Positions 1-10,095 of a stretch of DNA of 64,000 nucleotides are shown piece by piece. The DNA comes from Limnochordia bacterium. Lineage in GTDB: Bacteria > Bacillota > Limnochordia > DTU080. How positions within the stretch are numbered: the first letter of the stretch is position 1; each line of letters begins with the position of its first letter. A program made the position numbers and the translations under genes. The stretch is taken from contig JBMNJG010000002.1 of NCBI GenBank assembly GCA_050951545.1, positions 160,001-224,000 of the forward strand, written 5' to 3'. The notes under the pieces are model-generated. The model made no database searches and had not been told where the DNA came from. It was given only the letters and a program-made list of their open reading frames with translations.

Positions 1-795
1 GAGCTGCTGCGAGTCGATGTTCCGCAAGAGCCAGTACGGGTGGAAGTGGCGGAGGCAAGCTCAGATGTGAAAGGCGCCACCCTCACGCATCTGCGCTATT
101 GGCCTGAGTCGGGAATCGAGATCCCGGCAGTGCTGATGCGTCCGCTTGGGGTCAGTACACAAAGCGTGGTCTACGTCAGCGAACATGAATGCAGTACCGT
201 CGCCGAATCACTTGCGGAGCTGCATTCCCTTACGGCAGCCGGAGCGACCGTGCTCGTGATTGAGATGAGAGGGAAAGGCTCTACGCTTTCCGCCGCGTGC
301 AAGATGTCGAACTCCTACAAGCGGTTGGGGGTAGAAGGATATCATCTGTATAACTACGGGATGGTGGGCCGAAACCTGCTCGGATGCCGTGTTTTGGATG
401 TGTTGGCTGGTGTGAACTGCATGAGACAGCTTACCGGAATGAACGCTGCGACGGTGATCGGTGAAGACCTAGGCGCACTGGCGGCACTGATGGCTGGGGC
501 ACTGGACACGCAGATTGCAGGGGTACAGCTGCGCGGGTTACTGGTCTCCTACAAGGCCTTGGCGACCAATGAGTTTCGCCATCAGCCAGCAAGTGTGTTT
601 GTACCAGGCATTCTCCAGGTCTGTGACCTGCCTGAGATAGCGGCTTGTGTGGCTCCAAGACCCTTGAACATGGTTAGTGTAGTCGATGAAAAGTGCCGAC
701 CGCTGTTTGGCGAGCAGATCGCCAGCGAATATGGACTCACCCGCAATGTCTATGCCCAACTGGGCGTAGACTCATCGTTGATGCTTCCCAGTTGA
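1..795 (+). CDS. Alpha/beta-hydrolase fold protein (acetylxylan esterase-like), C-terminal part; 5' end outside window
   Basis: Frame open from base 1. Motifs IEMRGKG, GRNLLGCRVLDVLAGV and VPGILQVCDLPEIAACVAPRPL are typical of these esterase-like domains; the nucleophile elbow GEDLG lacks Ser. Confidence 0.7.
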   Translation, partial: ELLRVDVPQEPVRVEVAEASSDVKGATLTHLRYWPESGIEIPAVLMRPLGVSTQSVVYVSEHECSTVAESLAELHSLTAAGATVLVIEMRGKGSTLSAACKMSNSYKRLGVEGYHLYNYGMVGRNLLGCRVLDVLAGVNCMRQLTGMNAATVIGEDLGALAALMAGALDTQIAGVQLRGLLVSYKALATNEFRHQPASVFVPGILQVCDLPEIAACVAPRPLNMVSVVDEKCRPLFGEQIASEYGLTRNVYAQLGVDSSLMLPS

Positions 796-804
796 AAGGA
801 TGGA

Positions 805-1869
805 TTGATCATGCATTGCGCTCGCCTTCGTTGTGGCCTGGCTATCATGGCTTTTGCCCTGTGCCTGGCGGTCTTCACCAGCGGAGCTTCAGCAGGTGTG
901 GTGGAAGACCTGATTGGTCAATTGGATCACCCGATATGGACAACCCGCCGTGATGCTGCCTTGCAGTTGGGCGCACTGTCTTTGGAGGCTACTGAAGCCG
1001 TCGATCCCTTGACAAAAGCCTTGCAGGATCGTGTCGGTCCTGTTCGCTATGCAGCGGTGACCGCGCTGGGTGAGATCGGTGGCTGGGCCCCAGGCGCGGT
1101 TCCGGTTTTGGCCGAGACATTGTTCGATAAGGATCCAGAAATGCGCTGGCAAGCTGCTGTGGCCTTGGGCAATATTGGTTTTCGGGCTGTAGAGGCGGTT
1201 CCCGCATTGGCCGAGGCCCTTCTCGATCAGTACACCGAGATTCGCCATGCGGCCGCCTGGGCGCTGGGCATGATCGGCCCAGGGGCCCGAGAGGCCATTC
1301 CGGCCCTGGCCGAGGTGATGGCTGATAGCGACGAAAAGGTGCAGCAGATGGCCAAGAGCGCGATTATCGAGATAGGTGGCCCTGAAGCAGTTCCTCTGAT
1401 GCCCCCTTCTGAAGCAGAGGTGGCGGAAGCTACTGACGCGGCTTCGAAACTCGTCGTCATAAAGACAGCCAAGGGGCCTATCAAGATCGCTCTGCGGGGT
1501 GATCTGATGCCCTTGACAGTGGCTAACTTCACCAAACTGGCAGGGAGCGGTTTCTACGACAACCTGATTTTCCATCGGGTGGAGAACTGGGTAGTTCAGG
1601 GCGGCGATCCCGAAGGGACTGGCACGGGAGGCCCGGGATACACCATCAAACTCGAGACACATACTGCAATGCGCAATGTGCGTGGGGCTATCGCTATGGC
1701 CCGGGCATCCCATCCGGACTCGGCTGGTTCACAGTTTTATATTCTGAAAACGGACGCTGAGTGGCTGGACGGGCAGTACGCCGTCTTCGGTCAGGTGATC
1801 GAAGGCATGGAGGTAGTGGACGCCCTCGTGGCTGGTGACGTAATCATGTCTGTAACCGTCGGCCAGTAG
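805..1869 (+). CDS. Secreted HEAT-repeat protein fused to a cyclophilin-type peptidyl-prolyl isomerase
   Basis: Signal peptide, 4-5 PBS-lyase/HEAT-like repeats (VRYAAVTALGEIG, MRWQAAVALGNIG, IRHAAAWALGMIG), then FHRV...QGGDP..TGTGGPGY, AMAR, AGSQFYI, WLDGQYAVFG. Confidence 0.9.
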   Translation: MIMHCARLRCGLAIMAFALCLAVFTSGASAGVVEDLIGQLDHPIWTTRRDAALQLGALSLEATEAVDPLTKALQDRVGPVRYAAVTALGEIGGWAPGAVPVLAETLFDKDPEMRWQAAVALGNIGFRAVEAVPALAEALLDQYTEIRHAAAWALGMIGPGAREAIPALAEVMADSDEKVQQMAKSAIIEIGGPEAVPLMPPSEAEVAEATDAASKLVVIKTAKGPIKIALRGDLMPLTVANFTKLAGSGFYDNLIFHRVENWVVQGGDPEGTGTGGPGYTIKLETHTAMRNVRGAIAMARASHPDSAGSQFYILKTDAEWLDGQYAVFGQVIEGMEVVDALVAGDVIMSVTVGQ

Positions 1870-1884
1870 CTTAGTGGAGAAAGG

Positions 1885-1917
1885 TGAGCTCCGAAGCCCG
1901 ATGGCCTCGGAGCTCAG
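1885..1917. terminator. Hairpin between convergent genes, probable terminator
   Basis: tgagctccga...tcggagctca inverted repeat. Confidence 0.6.
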
Positions 1918-1931
1918 CGCATGTTTCGTGC

Positions 1932-3218
1932 TTACTGTGGGTTCTGCTTCAGAAATGCCTCCAGTTGACGCGCAATCTCGGTGGCGGCCGACCTGGCTTC
2001 TACCGTGTTGTTCCAGAGCGGGCTCAAACCTTGGTCGATGATTCGCTGCAAGCTCTTGCGGTCACGGGAGATTACGCGCAAGGTACCGAACGTAAGTAGG
2101 TCGGGATAGATCTCCGGGTTGACTACGGTCGTGGGCAGCCAAGTCAGTGCTACGGGGCGGGGTGGTGTACGTCCGAGTAGCTTGGCATCGATGGCCGAGC
2201 CTGCAGGCCCAGTGATGTACGAGACATAGCGCCAAGCCGTCTCGACGTCTTTGGCCTGTTGGGTGATGGAGATGCCGAACATCCCTAGATCTGTTGTATG
2301 CTGGGCTTGTCTGCCCGGACCCTTAGGATAGGGTACTAGACCTATCTGAAAGCCCCCTTGGGCAAAAGCAGGAATCGACGACATCCAGCGGCTGGACATA
2401 CCCACTTTGCCTTGGGCGAAACCAACAACGTCATCGGCACCGATCTCGCCAGCGATCCTGTTATAGGGTAGCATCGCTTCGTCTTGCCAGATCAGAGCGT
2501 GCAAGAAGGTCAAGGTCTCCAGGTTGGTCTCGTCGCTAAAGGGGCTTCGTGTCGGACGCTTGGGGTCATCAAACTCTCCGCCACCGTTGGAGGCCATCCA
2601 GGTGCGAGGCAGGTGCATCGACGCACCCATTGTTGAGCGTCGGCCGTCATCGCCCCTACGCGTGATTTTTCTGGCCATATCGCGAAAGGCCGACCAGGTC
2701 CAGTTGCCCTTCCTGTAGTAGTCGATGGGATGCGCCAGCCCGGCCAGATCGAAGAGCTCAGTGTTGTACACGTACACGGAAGGGTTGGCCAGAATAGGTG
2801 CAGCAAACAGCTTTCCGTCCACTGTGTATGTGTTGAGCATGGGGCCAGCCATGCGTTGCACCTGGTACTCGGGTGTCTTCTTGATTAGGGGGTTGAGGTC
2901 ATGAAGGAAGCGATCATCCCCGAAGCTCATGATATCCGCCATGTCCAAGGCTATGACGTCCGGAACAGTACCGGATGCAATAAGTGCCACCAGTCGATCG
3001 GGGTAGCCGCTCTGAACTCGTATGCGCTCCACCTTGACGTCCGGGTTGGCAGCTTCGAAGGCTTCGGTTAAGGTCCGGTAGGCGTCTTCCCATGCCTCGC
3101 TGCCAGCGAGATAGGTAAACTCGATGGATTTCGATGCACTAAAGCCACAAAGCGAGAAGATGAAGAGCATGGCTAGTCCTAGAACGAGAGGTAATGCGAT
3201 CCGTGGTGATGGTTTCAT
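1932..3218 (-). CDS. Sugar ABC transporter solute-binding protein (CUT1/SBP_bac_1)
   Basis: Signal peptide; FEAANPDVKVE, IASGTVPDV, YVYNTELFDLAGL, WTWSAF, PYPKGP, AWRYVSY. Confidence 0.9.
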   Translation of the reverse strand: MKPSPRIALPLVLGLAMLFIFSLCGFSASKSIEFTYLAGSEAWEDAYRTLTEAFEAANPDVKVERIRVQSGYPDRLVALIASGTVPDVIALDMADIMSFGDDRFLHDLNPLIKKTPEYQVQRMAGPMLNTYTVDGKLFAAPILANPSVYVYNTELFDLAGLAHPIDYYRKGNWTWSAFRDMARKITRRGDDGRRSTMGASMHLPRTWMASNGGGEFDDPKRPTRSPFSDETNLETLTFLHALIWQDEAMLPYNRIAGEIGADDVVGFAQGKVGMSSRWMSSIPAFAQGGFQIGLVPYPKGPGRQAQHTTDLGMFGISITQQAKDVETAWRYVSYITGPAGSAIDAKLLGRTPPRPVALTWLPTTVVNPEIYPDLLTFGTLRVISRDRKSLQRIIDQGLSPLWNNTVEARSAATEIARQLEAFLKQNPQ

Positions 3219-3349
3219 GTTGAGCCTCCTGTATCCAAATGTGGTAACGGTGGTTCAATTGTACCACAGAAATCGCAGGGGTGTTCTCACTTGGCAGAGC
3301 GAGTCTCTGCTTGGGCACGCGGCGGGAGACATAGATCTGCCTACATGTC

Positions 3350-4594
3350 CTACTTCCCAAAGACCGCGGCAAACTCAATCTCCAGGAGGCGCTGAGCCTC
3401 ATCGAGGGCGGCCTTCGGTCCCTGACGCAGATGTACCACGTCCAGCATGGCGTTTCTCGTGTTATTGTAGATGGCCGGGTACCACAGCGGAGGTCGCCCA
3501 AAAGCCACGTCAGCTTGACGCAACAGTATCGCTTGGGGAGGGGGTAGTTCGTTGCGAATCAGGGCGATCGAATCAGTGCGGGTAGGCAGACGCGTCGTCT
3601 GTCGCCACCAGCTGGCGTGGGTCTCCTTCCGCGACATCCAGTTGAGAAGGATGCTCGCACCTTCGACGTTGCGGGCACCCAAGGGAATGACGAAAGCGGT
3701 ACCGCCCAGCCACGTGCCGTTGTGTCCATACTCTGGGTGCGGCACCTCGCCCACACCGTAGTTGAGGCCTGGATTTCCCGCAGCGATACGACCTACGTGT
3801 CCGCTTTCGTGAGCTACTAAAGCGATATGACCCGCAATGAATGGGTCGCCTGTGGATGCAACAGCTGCGTTCGGAAAGCGTTCGCCGTAGGACTGCAGCC
3901 ACTCGAAGCCTCGAATATGGTTGGGCGTGTTGACGACAGGTTGCTTGGTGGCAGGGTCAAACAAAGCACCACCGAAGGTGTAGAGCCAGCCTACTGCATA
4001 CCAGTTGTCTGCTACCCAAGGAATAAAGCCAAGCTGGGTATACCTGCCCTCTGCGTCGCGCGTAGTCAGCTTACGCGCCATTTCGTCGAGTTCGGCCATT
4101 GTAGCGGGTGCTCGGGATTCGTCAAAGCCACCCTGAGCTACCAAATCCTTGTTCCAGTACAGACCGCGAATATCTGTATCCCAGGGAATGCCATAGAGTC
4201 GCCCCTCGAGCTGCACTTCGCTGAGCGAACCAGGCAACCACATCCTCTTGAGGGGCTGATTGGTCAGATTGTCGATGGGTTGAAGCAAGCCTTTGTTGGC
4301 CCACTCGATGATGATGGAGCGTTCGAAGTGCACGAGGTCTGGCGGGTTACCCCCCGCAATTGCTGCTATCAGTTTATCTCCACTTGAGCTCCCGCGGATC
4401 AGCTCCACTTCCACAGTGGGGTTCTCCTTCTCAAACTCCTCGACAAGCGCTAAGTACACGTTATCGACGATGGTTTCACCGTACCAGTTGTACTGATAGA
4501 CCACCTTGGTTCTTGCGGCATGAACGACGGGTAGCACGCCCACTGTGGCGAGCACCAGAATCACTGACACTAATCTTTTTCTCGAAGCTCTCAT
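3350..4594 (-). CDS. Sugar ABC transporter solute-binding protein
   Basis: FEKENPTVEVE, AIAGGNPPDL, LYGIPWDTDIRGLYWNKDL. Confidence 0.9.
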   Translation of the reverse strand: MRASRKRLVSVILVLATVGVLPVVHAARTKVVYQYNWYGETIVDNVYLALVEEFEKENPTVEVELIRGSSSGDKLIAAIAGGNPPDLVHFERSIIIEWANKGLLQPIDNLTNQPLKRMWLPGSLSEVQLEGRLYGIPWDTDIRGLYWNKDLVAQGGFDESRAPATMAELDEMARKLTTRDAEGRYTQLGFIPWVADNWYAVGWLYTFGGALFDPATKQPVVNTPNHIRGFEWLQSYGERFPNAAVASTGDPFIAGHIALVAHESGHVGRIAAGNPGLNYGVGEVPHPEYGHNGTWLGGTAFVIPLGARNVEGASILLNWMSRKETHASWWRQTTRLPTRTDSIALIRNELPPPQAILLRQADVAFGRPPLWYPAIYNNTRNAMLDVVHLRQGPKAALDEAQRLLEIEFAAVFGK

Positions 4595-4832
4595 ACTATG
4601 GCCTCCTTGCCCAATTGTATTCGGGGTTTCTGAGTGAGCCCTTTCAATAGGTTAACGGAATAGACCATGATTCCTTTATTGGCGTTTGGAGTTATGAAAA
4701 GCAGTGACTATTGCGCCCTGGTATGCAGGGCGACATGCAACAATGGCTAGTGGTGAATAGCCAGGATGTACAGGAGAGGTCGGAAGTGCGGCGAATGTAT
4801 GATGTGACGTTTTCCCTGGGGGAGGTACGAAA

Positions 4833-6038
4833 GTGCATAGACGAATCACTATCCTTATGTCGTGCATCGCATGTTGCCTTATCACTAGCAGTGTCTTGGC
4901 GGCATCTTCAGTCAGTATCTGGACTCAGAACGCCACCAACCCTGCGTTCTTGAGTGTGCTGCAGCAGTTCACTCAAGAGACTGGCATCGAGGTCGAGGTA
5001 AAAGCTATTAGCTGGACGACGGATGCGGTTTTCGTGGCAGTGGCCGGAGGGGCTCCTCCTGATACTTTTACCCACGGCTCGGCAGCCCTCGGGGCTTTTG
5101 TCGGCGCGAATATCCTGATGCCACTTGACCAGGTGGTCAATAAGTGGACTTTCATGAATGACATGATTCCTGAAGTGAAGGCCTGGAACACTGCAGGCGG
5201 AAAGCTCTATGCGCTTCCCTGGAACGGCGTGCAGCAGCGCGATCTGGTCTACCGTGAGGATCTATGGGAAGAGTCAGGGGTCAATCCAGCGCAACCTCCG
5301 GTGAGCTGGGAGGACTTGGTGCGTGTGGGAAAAAAGCTTGTTCGCTTCAACGCCGAGGGTGCTATGACTCGCAGTGCGATCTCTCTGGCGAAGACTGGCT
5401 ACGGACCTCAACAGGCCATGTTGGCTCTCCAAGTGCAGGCGGGCGGGTCAATGTTTAAAGACGGTAAGCCGATGATGAACGATGAGCTTACTCGAGAGGC
5501 ACTGCAGTTTTATGTAGACCTGTTCTATGAGCACCGTCTCGAGGATTTCAGCTTCTCGGGGAACTTCGTGCAGGGCACGACCACAGCTGCTTGGAACAAC
5601 ATTACGCTGATGGCCCAGGCGGAGGCTCAGGGCGGGAGAACGCGTGTGGCCACGTACCCCTACAGAAGGCGCCCCGCCTCGTTTTCATCTGCAGACTGGA
5701 TCGGGATTGCGCAAGGCGCAAAGAACCTCGACCGAGCCATCCAGTTGCTACAACACGTTGTGAAGCCCGAAACCCAGAATGTGCTGAACGAGGCCGCCGG
5801 TGGAGCCATACCTGCCTATCGACAGGCGGGACGCTGGGAATGGGTAAGGAAGAACCCTGCGATCGGTCATTTCATCAGTGCCTTGGAATACGGCGTACCC
5901 AACCCGGCACATCCCCTCTGGTTTGAGCTGCGTACTGTGCTGGTGACGAGTTTTGAACAGGCGTTGAGACGACAAGCCCCGGTAAACGCTGTGCTCTCAG
6001 AGCTGCAGCGTCAGATGGAGCAGATCGTGGCGCAGTAG
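4833..6038 (+). CDS. Sugar ABC transporter solute-binding protein
   Basis: FTQETGIEVEV, VAGGAPPD, LYALPW, PPVSWEDL. Confidence 0.9.
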   Translation: MHRRITILMSCIACCLITSSVLAASSVSIWTQNATNPAFLSVLQQFTQETGIEVEVKAISWTTDAVFVAVAGGAPPDTFTHGSAALGAFVGANILMPLDQVVNKWTFMNDMIPEVKAWNTAGGKLYALPWNGVQQRDLVYREDLWEESGVNPAQPPVSWEDLVRVGKKLVRFNAEGAMTRSAISLAKTGYGPQQAMLALQVQAGGSMFKDGKPMMNDELTREALQFYVDLFYEHRLEDFSFSGNFVQGTTTAAWNNITLMAQAEAQGGRTRVATYPYRRRPASFSSADWIGIAQGAKNLDRAIQLLQHVVKPETQNVLNEAAGGAIPAYRQAGRWEWVRKNPAIGHFISALEYGVPNPAHPLWFELRTVLVTSFEQALRRQAPVNAVLSELQRQMEQIVAQ

Positions 6039-6135
6039 ACTATCGTCTGTACGTAGAGTACACGCTTAGGAGGCCTCGGTGGAAACACTGGTGGCCTCCT
6101 CTTCTGTTTGGGATCTCGCTTCTGACCCACAGACA

Positions 6136-6198
6136 TTGACCGGATGGCACCACTGGCGTACAATATGACTAAGGATTCATATGACCGGATATTCATAT
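6136..6198 (+). promoter_or_regulatory. SigA-type promoter with two tandem palindromic operator-like sites, probably TetR autoregulation
   Basis: TTGACC(6136)-17 bp-TACAAT(6159), then ATATGAC-N6-TTCATAT twice (6163-6182, 6179-6198). Confidence 0.7.
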
Positions 6199-6214
6199 CA
6201 AAGGGGAGAAAGAG

Positions 6215-6830
6215 GTGCCGAAAGAGACTTTCTTCAATCTGCCGGCGGCGAAAAGGGAACGAGTGGTTGAGGCTGCTCTTGAGGAGTTCGCCACTCGCTC
6301 CTATCACGAGGCCAGGGTTACGGCCATCGTCGATGCCGCCGGCATCGCGAAGGGGAGCTTCTACCAGTACTTTGAGGACAAGAAAGACCTCTTTAGGTAT
6401 CTGATGGAGCTGATCGTGGAAAAGAAGCTGGAGTACATCAATCGTCACATGCTAGCGAGATATGCAGGAGCATAGCTTTTTCGCGCTGTTACGGGAAGCG
6501 TACCTCAGTGGGTTGCGGTTCGCCACAGAGCATCCTCGTTTGCTGGCTATAGGCATACAATTGCAGAAGAACCAAGAGCTTTGCCGTGAGATCTTTGGTG
6601 AGCATACGGAAAAGAGCCATGTCTTCTTCGAGCGTCTGCTGGAAAAGGGGATGGCAGAGGAGGAGCTAGATCCAGACATAGACGTGGCCTTGGTTGCCCG
6701 GCTACTTACGGTGCTTAACTTTGGCTTGGTGGACCTGGTTTATGAGGATAACGAGGTGGATCTCCGAGACATGACGATCATTGACAAGATGCTCTATGTC
6801 GTTGAAAACGGACTCAAGCGGAGGTCGTAA
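6215..6830 (+). pseudogene. TetR/AcrR family regulator split by a frameshift near 6460 (pseudogene or sequencing error)
   Basis: HTH MPKETFFNL...AGIAKGSFYQYFEDKKDL in 6215-6475; the C-terminal ligand domain continues in another frame (6462-6830). Confidence 0.8.
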
Positions 6831-6857
6831 GTACTCTGAACTAGGGAGGTTAGGTCC

Positions 6858-7565
6858 ATGGCTTTGCTGGAGCTCACAGGTGTGGAGAGGATCTATCGAC
6901 AGGGAGAGATCGAAGTCTCCGCCCTCCGGGGTATTGATCTGGTTGTGCAACCCGGAGAGTTCACTACCGTGTTTGGCCCTTCGGGCTCAGGAAAGACAAC
7001 TCTGCTCAATCTGATGGGCTGTTTGGATAAGCCCACCAATGGAACGGTTGTTTTCGATGGTGAGGCACTAGGTGGGTTGGATAAGAAGGGCTTGGCGAGG
7101 ATCAGGCGAGAGAGCATCGGCTTTGTCTTTCAGAGCTACAACTTGATTCCTGTGTTGACGGCCTACGAGAACGTGGAGTTCGCCATCAGGTTACTTAACC
7201 GCCATGGCCAGGAGGAACTGAGAAACAAGGTGATGCAGGTTTTGGCCGCAGTTGGCCTGAGTGGGTTGGAAAACCGGAAGCCAAATGCGTTGTCGGGCGG
7301 TCAGAAGCAGCGGGTAGCAATCGCCAGGGCGTTAGTCAAGCAGCCCAAACTGATTTTGGCCGACGAACCAACCGCCAACTTGGACTCCACGAGCAGTGAG
7401 GAAGTCCTGGAAGTCATGGTGAAGATGAATCGGCAGTTGGGGACAACCTTCATTTTCGCCACTCATGATCCGCGGGTGATGGACTATGCCCATCGGTTAC
7501 TCGAGATCAGGGATGGCCGCATTTCCCAAGACAAGAGGAGGGAAAACGCAGGTGTTCCTCACTAA
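6858..7565 (+). CDS. ABC transporter ATP-binding protein, LolD/MacB-like
   Basis: GPSGSGKTT, LSGGQKQRVAIARA, LILADEPTANLD. Confidence 0.95.
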   Translation: MALLELTGVERIYRQGEIEVSALRGIDLVVQPGEFTTVFGPSGSGKTTLLNLMGCLDKPTNGTVVFDGEALGGLDKKGLARIRRESIGFVFQSYNLIPVLTAYENVEFAIRLLNRHGQEELRNKVMQVLAAVGLSGLENRKPNALSGGQKQRVAIARALVKQPKLILADEPTANLDSTSSEEVLEVMVKMNRQLGTTFIFATHDPRVMDYAHRLLEIRDGRISQDKRRENAGVPH

Positions 7566-8784
7566 GCTAGCTCTAAGGAACTTGGTGCGGCATCGAAATC
7601 GTACGCTGATCACGAGCTTGATTATCGCAGTAGCCATCTTTTTCTACATCCTGCTTGACTCCATGATCGCTGGAATGACCGAGATGTCCTACGATATCTT
7701 GATCGACTACGAGGTCGGTCATCTGCAGGTGGCAAGCGAGGCCTACTGGGACGAGCAAGAGAAACTGCCGCTCAGACACCTTCTTTCTATGGGTGCGATC
7801 TCCTCAGAGAACTGGGAGAGTCTCGCTGGGTATCGCGGAAGCTCCTTTGAGTTGGGTTTCCGGGCTTGGCTGAATAATGGCGAGAACGAATTGCCAGTGG
7901 TGGGTAAAGGCATCATCCCAGAGGATTTCGCCAAAGTCTTCTCCTTCGAGGGCAAGTTCGTGGATGGCAGGATGTTCTCCGAAGGCGAGCACCGGGCAGT
8001 AATGGGCAAACGTTTGGCTGATCTGCTCAAGCTAGAGGTCGGTGATTATGTCACCCTGCTGGTGAGAGACAAAAACGAGTCATTTAACACGATTGAGGCG
8101 GAGATCGCAGGTCTGGTGCATACGATCGACCCCAATGTGAACAGCAACCTCGTCTTCCTGCCGTTGAGCGTTGTTCAGGAAGCCTTGGATGTGGGGGATG
8201 CCGCGAGCAAGGTGGTCATAAGGCTGGAGGACAGACGCGCGGCGGGTCGTCTTGCCCCTGAGTTGCAGCTTCAGTTGCAGACGCTGAATGGAGATCTTGC
8301 TGTCTATCCGTGGAGTGAGGTTGAAGCCGTATCAGTAGCAGGTGCCAAGAGCGCTGGCAACCAGCTCCTTTTGGGGATGATTCTCCTCATTGCTGCCATA
8401 GCGATTGTCAATACGGTGATCCTGGCAGCGCTAGAGAGAATGCAGGAGATCGGTATGATGAAGGCCATGGGTCTCGAGGAAAAAGAGATCGTATACGTCT
8501 TCGCTGTTGAATCCGCTGGTATCGGTGTCTTGGGTGGCTTGGTGGGTGTGCTCTTGGGGGTAGTCGGAGTCTGGTTATATGTCCGATATGGCATAGATTT
8601 CGGTGCCGCCCTCGATATGTCATCCTTTGGCATACCAGTGATCGGTAGGATGTACGGAGTCTGGAATCCGGCCGCGTTTGTGTCAGTCTTCTGCTTCGGA
8701 GTCGCTGTCTCTTTACTGGCTAGTATATGGCCTGCCTATTGGGCAGCGAACAAAGACCCGGTTCAGGCGATCTACCAGCGCTAA
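7552..8784 (+). CDS. ABC permease, LolE/FtsX family
   Basis: LALRNLVRHRNRTLIT, ERMQEIGMMKAMG, C-terminal PA..A...DPV.AI; GTG start after GAGGAGG. Confidence 0.9.
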   Translation: MFLTKLALRNLVRHRNRTLITSLIIAVAIFFYILLDSMIAGMTEMSYDILIDYEVGHLQVASEAYWDEQEKLPLRHLLSMGAISSENWESLAGYRGSSFELGFRAWLNNGENELPVVGKGIIPEDFAKVFSFEGKFVDGRMFSEGEHRAVMGKRLADLLKLEVGDYVTLLVRDKNESFNTIEAEIAGLVHTIDPNVNSNLVFLPLSVVQEALDVGDAASKVVIRLEDRRAAGRLAPELQLQLQTLNGDLAVYPWSEVEAVSVAGAKSAGNQLLLGMILLIAAIAIVNTVILAALERMQEIGMMKAMGLEEKEIVYVFAVESAGIGVLGGLVGVLLGVVGVWLYVRYGIDFGAALDMSSFGIPVIGRMYGVWNPAAFVSVFCFGVAVSLLASIWPAYWAANKDPVQAIYQR

Positions 8785-8811
8785 AGGGAAGTGTGTGAGG
8801 AGGAAAAACGA

Positions 8812-10071
8812 ATGTCATTTCTCTTTAGAATTGCCTTTAAGAATTTGTTCAGGCATCGACTGAGGACACTGGTCTCCATCGTAGCGATTGCCTTCTCCGT
8901 GTTGCTCGTGGTGTTTGCCCGAGGTTACATTACAGGGATGGTAGACACGGTCTCCGTGGACCACATCTACTATAACTCGGGACACATCAAGCTGGTGGAT
9001 CGAGACTACCGGGAGCAAGAGCGTCTGCTGCCCCTCAACCACCCGGTCGACGGTTGGGGGTCGGGAGACCTGGATGAGATGATCGCGGAACTCAAGGAAA
9101 TCAAGGGCATGACAATGGTGGTGCCGCGGCTCAAGTTTGGTGCCATGGTGAGTTTCGAAGATGAGCTCATTGGCATAGGCGGCTGGGGGGTTGATCCTCA
9201 GAAGGAGCTGGCGTTTACCAGCATTCAGGATTACCTTGTGGAAGGCAGAATGGTGGAGTTCGGCAAGATGGAAGTGGCGATGGGGACCGAATTGCTGAGG
9301 AAGATCGATCGGCAAGTGGGTGATAAAGTAACGGTCGTGTTCAATGATGCCTTCAACTCCCTGACTGGGGCCACCTTTGAGATCGTGGGAAGGTTTCAGA
9401 GTGGCATCAAACTGCTCAACGAAGCTGTTTTCTACCTGCCGTTGGATCAAGCTCAGCGCCTTCTGGACATGAAAGGTCAGACAACCGAGCTGCTGCTAGT
9501 GACCTCGGGTCGAGAGACCATTGACGAAGTATTACCGGAGGTAAAGAGCCTGCTCGCCCAGCGGGGGGAAGACGAACGGTACGTGGCCCTGAGCTTCAGA
9601 GAGACGAGTGATCTTATCCCGTGGATGGATCTTGCAGAGCTGATCTACAATCAGGTCTATGTGTTTTTGGTGGTCTTGGCTTGTATTGTCGTCGTGAACA
9701 CCATGATCATGATCGTCGTCGAAAGGACACAGGAGATAGGCATGATGGCGGCTCTGGGGCTAGAGGGTAGAGGCATCATGCAACTGTTTCTTATTGAAGG
9801 CGGGCTAATGGGAGTGGTTGGCAGTCTGATCGGTGCACTGCTAGGGTCCTTCCTGACAGGATACTTTGCCAAGGTGGGCATGGACTTTTCTTCCGCCACA
9901 AGCGGTTTCAGTACCGACATAGTCTTTGACTCTATCGTCTATCCCTCCGCGGATCCTGGCAATACGATTTTTGCCTTTGTTCTAGGAGTGGTGATCGTCA
10001 CCTTAGCTTCTGTGCTTCCGGCTCGTAAGGCGGCTAGGTTGGAGCCAACGGAAGCTATGCGGAGAGCTTAG
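8812..10071 (+). CDS. ABC permease, LolE/FtsX family
   Basis: IAFKNLFRHRLRT, ERTQEIGMMAALG, PARKAARLEPTEAMR. Confidence 0.9.
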   Translation: MSFLFRIAFKNLFRHRLRTLVSIVAIAFSVLLVVFARGYITGMVDTVSVDHIYYNSGHIKLVDRDYREQERLLPLNHPVDGWGSGDLDEMIAELKEIKGMTMVVPRLKFGAMVSFEDELIGIGGWGVDPQKELAFTSIQDYLVEGRMVEFGKMEVAMGTELLRKIDRQVGDKVTVVFNDAFNSLTGATFEIVGRFQSGIKLLNEAVFYLPLDQAQRLLDMKGQTTELLLVTSGRETIDEVLPEVKSLLAQRGEDERYVALSFRETSDLIPWMDLAELIYNQVYVFLVVLACIVVVNTMIMIVVERTQEIGMMAALGLEGRGIMQLFLIEGGLMGVVGSLIGALLGSFLTGYFAKVGMDFSSATSGFSTDIVFDSIVYPSADPGNTIFAFVLGVVIVTLASVLPARKAARLEPTEAMRRA

Positions 10072-10095
10072 GCAATAATGAAAGGGGCACTTTCG

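Noticed and set aside
889-1713. Long antisense ORFs (also 30629-31402, 41076-41951, 56753-57352)
   Set aside because: Opposite-strand shadows of well-supported genes in GC-rich DNA.
6440-6480. Programmed frameshift in tetR
   Set aside because: No slippery heptamer or homopolymer; similar isolated indels in hsdS and lhr point to error or decay.
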